32,000 nt of DNA from a bacterium (GTDB taxonomy: Bacteria > UBP7 > UBA6624 > JBBIMK01): positions 120,001-152,000 of the forward strand of contig JBBIMK010000001.1 of NCBI GenBank assembly GCA_037444445.1, given 5' to 3'. Below are positions 17,330 through 23,129 of this stretch, in pieces; position 1 is the stretch's first letter, and each line of letters opens with the position of its first letter. The translations under genes were made by a program, and so were the position numbers. The notes beneath the pieces were generated by a model that was not told where the DNA came from, ran no database searches, and saw only the letters and a program-made list of their open reading frames with translations.

Positions 17330-18946
17330 CTACACCCAGCCGAAAAGGGGGTAGAGGATGCGAAGCCCCAGCCAGATGATGAAAAACCCCAGGATGTCAA
17401 AGAGAATGCCTGCCCTTACCATTTTTGTGATGGGAACCATTCCTGAGCCGTAGACGATAGCATTGGGCGGTGTGGAAACGGGAAGCATAAATCCATAACT
17501 GGCTCCGAGGCAGGCGCCCAGTGCGGGCGGAATTCCACTCACATCCGCCGCTTTCGCAATGGCAATCACGACAGGTATTACCACATTAGCAGAAGCCGTG
17601 TTGGAGGTGGTCTCGCTGATAATAATTCCCATAGCAATAGCAGCGCCAGTGATGCCCCAGAGGGTGCTCGCTCCCGTGAGATGAAGAAGCCCCTTTCCGA
17701 TGGCTTCTGCCAGTTGAGTTTGAAACATCAGGTTTCCAAGGCTCAAGCCACCCCCAAAGAGGAGAATCGTTCCCCAGTCAATTCTCACTGCCTGAGCCCA
17801 GGAGAGGGTAAACTCCCGCTCCTTCCAGTCGGTGGGGAGGATAAAAAGTAAACTCGCCGCAAGGATGGCTACAACCCCCTCGGGCAATACGGAAGAATAT
17901 TCGTTGTAAAAAGAAGACTCCGTTCCAGAAACTATAGCGATGAAGCCTGGAAATACCCAGAGGAATACGGCAACAAGGAAGGCAATCAAACAGTTCCGTT
18001 CCCCCGTTTTCCATTTCCCCATAGCCTTCAACTTCTCCCGAATCCAGTCCGAAGCCAGGGCAAACTCACCCTCAGTACGGGGTCGAAAAGGGTGTAGACG
18101 CACAAGCAGGAAGAAAAGAAAAAGATACATCACCACCAGCAGGGGAAGTGCCATCAACATCCACTGGAAGAAGGAAATCCGGAAATTCAGAAGTTTCTGA
18201 ACCATCCCAATTCCTATTAAATTCGGGGGAGTGCCTACGGGAGTTCCAATTCCCCCTATGGAAGCGGAATATGCCAGCATGAGCATCATCCCGGTGGCAA
18301 ACTCTCTCCCGCTTCTACCCCTACCCTTCTGAGGGGAAACATTCTCCTCTCCTGCACCTTCCTCCCTCTCAAAGTATGAAGATGAGGTGGACATAGCCTG
18401 GATAATTCCCAGGGCAATGGGAAACATCATCGCCGTTGTTGCGGTGTTGCTAATCCACATAGAAATAAAAGCGGTGATGGCACCGAATGTAAATAAAAGC
18501 TTGACGGGGCTCTGTCTGATTCCTTTCAAAGAGAGAATCGTGTAAGCGAAGCGTCGGTCCAGTCCGTGCACCTTCATCCCTTCTGCAAGAATGAAACTCC
18601 CGATAAAGAGGAAAACGATGGGGTCAGCGAAAGGTGCCAGAACCTCTTTTGCAGGTGCAACACCCAGAAGAACACAAAGAGACGACCCCAAAAGCGCCGT
18701 CGCAGGAATCGGAATGGCTTCCCCCATCCAGTATATCAGCACCCAACTGAGAACCGCTGACAGACGATGAGCGGATGGTGAAATGCCCGGCATTGGTATA
18801 ATGAGTAAGATAAGAAAAAGTATCGGACCCAAAAATAAAGAGACCATTCTGCGCCATCGCTCAAACTTTTCTTCGCCAGCCGTTAGCGTCTCCTTCACTT
18901 CCACCCATATCCCCTCCATCTTACGCTCTCCTTTCGTGCGTTTCAC
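17330..18946 (-). CDS. DASS/SLC13-family anion:sodium symporter
   Basis: 538 aa, polytopic. Paired hairpin-type SNT/SNTA motifs (WISNTATTAMM.. and ETTSNTASANV). A charged Gly-rich central loop is present. The true start may be ATG 18919 (MEGIWVEV), which has AAAGGAG upstream; the ORF-track start is a GTG. Confidence 0.85.
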   Translation of the reverse strand: MKRTKGERKMEGIWVEVKETLTAGEEKFERWRRMVSLFLGPILFLILLIIPMPGISPSAHRLSAVLSWVLIYWMGEAIPIPATALLGSSLCVLLGVAPAKEVLAPFADPIVFLFIGSFILAEGMKVHGLDRRFAYTILSLKGIRQSPVKLLFTFGAITAFISMWISNTATTAMMFPIALGIIQAMSTSSSYFEREEGAGEENVSPQKGRGRSGREFATGMMLMLAYSASIGGIGTPVGTPPNLIGIGMVQKLLNFRISFFQWMLMALPLLVVMYLFLFFLLVRLHPFRPRTEGEFALASDWIREKLKAMGKWKTGERNCLIAFLVAVFLWVFPGFIAIVSGTESSFYNEYSSVLPEGVVAILAASLLFILPTDWKEREFTLSWAQAVRIDWGTILLFGGGLSLGNLMFQTQLAEAIGKGLLHLTGASTLWGITGAAIAMGIIISETTSNTASANVVIPVVIAIAKAADVSGIPPALGACLGASYGFMLPVSTPPNAIVYGSGMVPITKMVRAGILFDILGFFIIWLGLRILYPLFGWV

Positions 18947-18979
18947 ATCTTCATCATCTCCTTTTCATAAACTATCATA

Positions 18980-19375
18980 CTATAGCGGAAAGGATGAGGT
19001 GGGCACTGACAAGTAGTGGAAATGGTAGCCTGCCACTAAAATGAATAGGAAAATAGAGAACCACCGGAGATAAGTGAGGCCCAGCTATGCAATTCTTGTA
19101 TGTTCTCTCAGGAAATCTATGAAGAACTGCAGGACGCTATAGCCAGCGAGCCAGAAGGCAAATTTTTCCCCGTTATATAGCCATAATCCTGGTGGCATAA
19201 TTCTGGTGGACGAGCCAGCCAGAGAAAAAAAGAATAGACCCACAACCTCGTAAATCTGGGGGGGTGACGAAGCATACCATTATGCCTACCCGCTTCCCAG
19301 CAAGACTGCAAAAATTCTGAAAACCCCATACGAGTAGACCGGAATTTTTCCCACATAAAACAAAATAGGTTTCAT
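18980..19375 (-). pseudogene. lgt: decayed prolipoprotein diacylglyceryl transferase (lgt) remnant
   Basis: My own three-frame reading. ATG 19375 gives MKPILFYVGKIPVYSYGVFRIFAVLLGSG*, an Lgt N-terminus pattern (P-x-x-F-x-x-G-x-x-x-x-x-(W)YG). Other frames give ..GMLRHPP|QIYEVVGLFFF|LWLARPP|GLWLYNGEKFAFWLAGYSVLQFFIDFLREHTRIA*LGLTYLRWFSIFLFILVAGY.., which matches the Lgt C-terminal HP-x-Q-L-YE ... G-x-x-F-x-x-Y-L-x-x-Y-x-x-x-R-F-x-x-E-F-x-R pattern. About 170 central codons are missing, and there are frameshifts and an in-frame TAG. Confidence 0.6.
19182..19209. repeat. 14-nt tandem duplication (CATAATCCTGGTGG / CATAATTCTGGTGG) inside the lgt remnant
   Basis: Read directly: two adjacent 14-mers differing at one base. 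Removing one copy restores the Lgt-like frame (LWLARPPGLWLYNGEKF). Confidence 0.8.
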
Positions 19376-19501
19376 TTACGCTTCAGTCCCTATCTTTGCG
19401 GTTCCTAAACTCTTCCAATGATGCGAATCCATCGGGTTTACAATTCCAGTAAGATGGTCACATCAACCTTTCAGACTCTCATTTCCTACCTATTCCTCGC
19501 A

Positions 19502-21808
19502 CTACCTATGGGAGTGATGGGCGGATACGATGGATAGGATGGCGGAGCCGTAGGCGTTCAGTTTTCGCTCCCTGAAACCGCGAATTTTGAGCAAGTCTTC
19601 GGCAGTGGTTGGTTTGAGTTTCGCAATCGTGACCAGATGTGAATTGTGGAGGATGCAATAAGGTGGGATATTTCTTTTACGGGCTTCCATCCTCCGCCAA
19701 TTGCGAAGTGCATCAAGCAGTCGTTTTTCGCTTTCATCAAGAGATATATGGACAGGATAAAGAATCTTTTTATAAGGTAGTTGAGGACCCCAACTTATCT
19801 GGTGATGCTTTTGAATGAACTCCGAAAGGTCTTTCATAGAAGAGGTGATTCTCGCGCCGGGGAGAGAATTTAAGAAAATCTCGCCGTAAGATTTAGTGGA
19901 AATTCTGGGGTCCAGAACAGCCACTACGCCCCAATCTTTTTGACTTCGGATGAGCCTGCCAAAGCCCTGACGGAACATTAAAACGGCATTGGGCAGGCTG
20001 TATTCCAGGAATGGGTTTCCTCCACATTCTTCAATTCGCTCGCATCTACCCTCTGTCAGGGGGTCATCCGGCACTTCAAACGGAAGGCGGGTGATGATGA
20101 CGCAAATCAGGCTTTCACCCGGTACATCTATTCCCTGCCAGAAAGAGGTTGTGCCTACCAGCACGGCAGATGGACTCTGGCGGAATTGCGACAAAATCCG
20201 GGCGGGGTCGCCATTTCCTTGTGAAAAAACTTTCATCCTCGGGAACTTTGCTTCTATCTTTTCTGTGAGTTGCCTCACCACCCGAAAACTGGTGCACAGG
20301 ATCAGGGTAGCCCCATTCGTGTGCTGTAAGATTTCCACAACTCGCTGGTTCACTTTCTCCTCATACTCTTCAGGCTTCTCCTTCGGGTCCGGGATATCTC
20401 CGGCCACATACAACAACGCCTGGGTGAGATAGTCAAAGGGGGAACCGTATCGGGCTTCTTCTGCGTTGATAATGCCAAGCCGCTGACGGAGATAGTGGAA
20501 AGACCGGTTCACCGTCAGCGTGGCAGAGGTGAAAATAATGGGAAGATTGGAAACGAATAGAGTAGTCTTAAGATGTTCCGCCACCTCCAGAGGAGCAGAG
20601 CGGAGTTCCAGGTTTTCCTGACGCCGATAGCCAGAAATCCGCTCCAGCCAGTAAACCGTATGAGGGTCCGAAAGCGTTGAGAAATTCTGCAAATCTTGAT
20701 GGAGGCGGTGCACTCGCTCCGCGAACGAGTGGATTTCCAGTGAGACTTCTGGAAAATCCTCATGCGCTTCTTCTTCCGCTCGTCGGAGGGAAATCTCCAG
20801 GTGTCCCAGAGCAGGGGATAGCGTGTGAGAAACAGGCAGGGGCTTTCTGATGTGAAAGGAAGACTTTTCAGTTAAGGGAAAACTTTTGTGAAGGCTGTTG
20901 AAGAAGTGTTCCAGTTCCTCGCCAGCATGAGCGCATGCAGAATTTACCATTTCTTTAGTGGAGTCTGCTACCCCACGCATGCGAAAAGTAAGCCCCTTTT
21001 TCTGAGTGGGATGATGAATGTCCATCATCAGCCTGCGGATTCCTGACCACGAGAGGCGAATTCCCATGGTTTCCGCCACCACATCTTCCAGCGTATGGGC
21101 TTCATCAAAAACTACCGCATCCGGTTTAGGAAAGATGCTCCAGTCCGTATGCAGGTTGGTAAAAAAGAGAGCATGATTCACCACCAGGATGTCCACATGA
21201 GAAGCATCTCTTTTGGCACGGAAGTAGAAACAGTTTGGAAAATATGGGCATTCTTTACCCATGCAGTCGTTAGGGTCTCGCCGAGCAAGCGACCAGATAG
21301 ACAAAGGAGGGGATAACCTCAAGTCACTTCGGAGTCCCGACCGGGTGGTTTGCGACCACTTCAGGAGTTCCTGTAGCGAGTCCTGAATATCCTGCCCGAA
21401 CAGCCCCGCACGAGAGTGTTCAAAGGCATGGTTCAACCTTCTTAAACTGAGGTAATTTTCAGCGCCGTAGAGAGAAGTGTAAGAGAAGGAAACGCCGAGG
21501 GCTTTTCGCAAGTTTGGAAGGTCCTTATGCACCAATTGCTCCTGAAGCGTTCGGGTATAAGTGGACACGACCACTCGTCTGAAATACATTTTTGCCCAGT
21601 AAATGGCTGGAACGAGGTAGGCGAAACTCTTTCCTACCCCCGTGCCTGCCTCTACCAACAAGGGTTCCGAGTTGAGGAAAGCTTCTGACACTGCCTCCGC
21701 CATCCGGCATTGCTGAGGACGGGGTTCGTAATCCACCAGATGCTTCGCCAGCAATCCACCCTCACCCACTTTGAATGCCTCATGAACTCTTTCCGTTAAA
21801 GATAACAT
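19502..21808 (-). CDS. dinG: DinG/XPD-family (SF2, Fe-S type) DNA helicase with a C-terminal HRDC domain
   Basis: 768 aa. Walker A AGTGVGKSFAYL, DEAH box VVFDEAHTLED, Cys cluster DCMGKECPYFPNC and motif VI-like QGFGRLIRS. The last ~77 aa (RLLDALRNWRRMEARKRNIPPYCILHNSHLVTIAKLKPTTAEDLLKIRGFRERKLNAYGSAIL) match the RecQ/RNase D HRDC pattern. Confidence 0.85.
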   Translation of the reverse strand: MLSLTERVHEAFKVGEGGLLAKHLVDYEPRPQQCRMAEAVSEAFLNSEPLLVEAGTGVGKSFAYLVPAIYWAKMYFRRVVVSTYTRTLQEQLVHKDLPNLRKALGVSFSYTSLYGAENYLSLRRLNHAFEHSRAGLFGQDIQDSLQELLKWSQTTRSGLRSDLRLSPPLSIWSLARRDPNDCMGKECPYFPNCFYFRAKRDASHVDILVVNHALFFTNLHTDWSIFPKPDAVVFDEAHTLEDVVAETMGIRLSWSGIRRLMMDIHHPTQKKGLTFRMRGVADSTKEMVNSACAHAGEELEHFFNSLHKSFPLTEKSSFHIRKPLPVSHTLSPALGHLEISLRRAEEEAHEDFPEVSLEIHSFAERVHRLHQDLQNFSTLSDPHTVYWLERISGYRRQENLELRSAPLEVAEHLKTTLFVSNLPIIFTSATLTVNRSFHYLRQRLGIINAEEARYGSPFDYLTQALLYVAGDIPDPKEKPEEYEEKVNQRVVEILQHTNGATLILCTSFRVVRQLTEKIEAKFPRMKVFSQGNGDPARILSQFRQSPSAVLVGTTSFWQGIDVPGESLICVIITRLPFEVPDDPLTEGRCERIEECGGNPFLEYSLPNAVLMFRQGFGRLIRSQKDWGVVAVLDPRISTKSYGEIFLNSLPGARITSSMKDLSEFIQKHHQISWGPQLPYKKILYPVHISLDESEKRLLDALRNWRRMEARKRNIPPYCILHNSHLVTIAKLKPTTAEDLLKIRGFRERKLNAYGSAILSIVSAHHSHR

Positions 21809-22050
21809 CTTTCCCTTCTAAGCTCCAGAACCCTGCCATCTTACACTTTTCATTATAATGCCCGGTCTCACGCAAATGCTCAGGAATAGTGGGAAGAAAA
21901 AGTTATATCCTTCAGTGAATGAGGATTTTTGCACGGGGAAGGAGAAGAATTGTAAACTGGAGAGAGCCTGTTTCGCATCTTCTTCCTCTCCTTATTTTAA
22001 AACCATCACATCATAGGCATACACATTGAAAATCTCCCGACAAAGATATT

Positions 22051-22476
22051 TTATTCTACTTCTGATAGAAAATTGGCAAGAATTTCGGCGGCTTTTCGTA
22101 AGTCATCCAATTGTATCGTGATAGCCTTCCAGACGATGCGGTAGTCAATGGAGGCATATTCATGAATGAGAAGGTTGCGAAAGCGGACCCAATCCGCGAG
22201 TTTCTGGGCGAAAGAACGAGAAAAGATGTGAGAGTCAGCCAATATATGAAAAGTATCCGGACTGCTTTCGGGCTTACGCCACCCCTTGTTGGCAACAAGA
22301 GAATTCGCAATATCCGTAATGGCTTCTATGGCGACCTGAATGTTGCGGACAGCAATGTCCTGTGCATCCAGGTCTACAAGAAAGCGCTTTTGACTTTTAA
22401 CTTTTTGAACGAGGGTGTGGAGACGATTCAGAGCACGCTCCAGATGGTCAAACCGAGCAATGAGGTGAGGACCCAA
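22051..22476 (-). CDS. hepT: HepT (DUF86/HEPN) toxin ribonuclease
   Basis: 141 aa. R-x4-H-x-Y HEPN motif in RFRNLLIHEYASIDY. Immediately downstream of, and overlapping, the nucleotidyltransferase gene. Confidence 0.85.
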   Translation of the reverse strand: MGPHLIARFDHLERALNRLHTLVQKVKSQKRFLVDLDAQDIAVRNIQVAIEAITDIANSLVANKGWRKPESSPDTFHILADSHIFSRSFAQKLADWVRFRNLLIHEYASIDYRIVWKAITIQLDDLRKAAEILANFLSEVE

Positions 22477-22891
22477 AAGTGCCCTCCTGTAGCCGGTATT
22501 TTATAGCCTCCCAGAATCGGAGCAGATATGGCTCGTAGTCCCAGTATTCCTTCATAGTTTGCACTTCAAATCTTATGCGAGCATCATGAGCCTTCTCAAA
22601 CAAAAGCCTCCCTTCCTTTTGCACCAGAAAGCGGAGAGAAAGGGGCGCCTCGTTTAAAATCACCACATCTATGTTCTCCTGGTGGAGCGCTTTATCAAGG
22701 AGTCGGAGAATTTTTAGTCGGTAAGAAAAGAAATTTCTTTTTCGGGAAACATAAAGGGCAATGTCCACATCGCTATCCGGACGAGCTTGCTGTCTTGCCA
22801 CACTACCAAAAATATAGGCGAATAAAATTTCTTCTCTAATCTGAAGTAGTTCTTGAATTCTCTGAATAGTGGAACTCTTTTTAAAACTCAA
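22448..22891 (-). CDS. mntA: MntA-type minimal nucleotidyltransferase antitoxin
   Basis: 147 aa. GS-x2-R...D-x-D motif in FGSVARQQARPDSDVDIAL. TTG start with GGAGA 6 nt upstream. Overlaps hepT by 29 nt. Confidence 0.85.
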   Translation of the reverse strand: MSFKKSSTIQRIQELLQIREEILFAYIFGSVARQQARPDSDVDIALYVSRKRNFFSYRLKILRLLDKALHQENIDVVILNEAPLSLRFLVQKEGRLLFEKAHDARIRFEVQTMKEYWDYEPYLLRFWEAIKYRLQEGTFGSSPHCSV

Positions 22892-22909
22892 TGTAATTCT
22901 CCATCCTTC

Positions 22910-22938
22910 ATTATATCAGGTGCAAGTTTCTGCTACAA
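22910..22938 (-). promoter_or_regulatory. candidate mntA-hepT promoter (TTGTAG-17-TGaTATAAT, extended -10)
   Basis: The minus strand reads TTGTAG cagaaacttgcacctga TATAAT. It sits between the tRNA-Trp 3' end and the mntA start. Confidence 0.4.
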
Positions 22939-22943
22939 GAAAG

Positions 22944-23017
22944 CAGGGACGGCGGGAGTTGAACCCACAACCTTAGGATTTGGAGTCCCACGCTCTGCCT
23001 AATTGAGCTACGTCCCT
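22944..23017 (-). tRNA. trnW: tRNA-Trp (anticodon CCA)
   Basis: Hand-folded 74-nt cloverleaf. Acceptor stem AGGGACG/CGTCCCT. D stem GCTC/GAGC. Anticodon stem TGGGA/TCCTA with loop CT-CCA-AA. T stem GTGGG/CCCGC with loop TTCAACT. Discriminator is G. The 3' CCA is not encoded. Confidence 0.92.
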
Positions 23018-23032
23018 GTGACTACCTATTAT

Positions 23033-23061
23033 AGTATAATCCATTTTACCGAAGTATTCAA
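23033..23061 (-). promoter_or_regulatory. candidate tRNA-Trp promoter (TTGAAT-17-TATACT)
   Basis: The minus strand reads TTGAAT acttcggtaaaatggat TATACT. The -10 hexamer ends 15 nt before the mature tRNA 5' end. Confidence 0.5.
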
Positions 23062-23129
23062 GAATTCTAACAGTGTGATTTATTTTTTTATAGAGTGGGT
23101 TGTGATACCCTATTAGGGGTGAGGACAGG

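Noticed and set aside
19117-19356. 79-aa ORF (MWEKFRSTRMGF...) as a stand-alone hypothetical protein
   Set aside because: It is a mosaic of in-frame and out-of-frame readings of the lgt remnant. Only short stretches (GMLRHPP, FFLWLARPP) are Lgt-like, and it has no Shine-Dalgarno sequence. It is better explained as part of a pseudogene.
21852-21880. dinG promoter based on the palindromic CATTATAATG (-10 TATAAT on the minus strand)
   Set aside because: No acceptable -35 at 16-18 nt spacing and no TGn extension. The hexamer alone is insufficient.
21939-21992. Imperfect inverted repeat (AAGGAGAAGAA ... TTCTTCCTCTCCTT) as a terminator after hepT
   Set aside because: The stem has a 3-nt bulge and a ~30-nt loop. 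In the hepT (minus) orientation it is not followed by a U-run. Support for a terminator call is weak.
21858-22016. 52-aa small ORF with C-x6-C-x5-C (MPGLTQMLRNSGKKK...CTGKEKNCKLERAC...) between hepT and dinG
   Set aside because: No Shine-Dalgarno sequence upstream, the opposite orientation to both neighbours, and no recognisable family. Probably chance.
21809-23017. A tRNA-Trp-linked integrated island delimited by a direct repeat of the tRNA 3' end
   Set aside because: I found no copy of the tRNA 3' segment (e.g. GGCGGGAG / CTCCCGCC) downstream of hepT, and no integrase. Only the two toxin-antitoxin genes look accessory.
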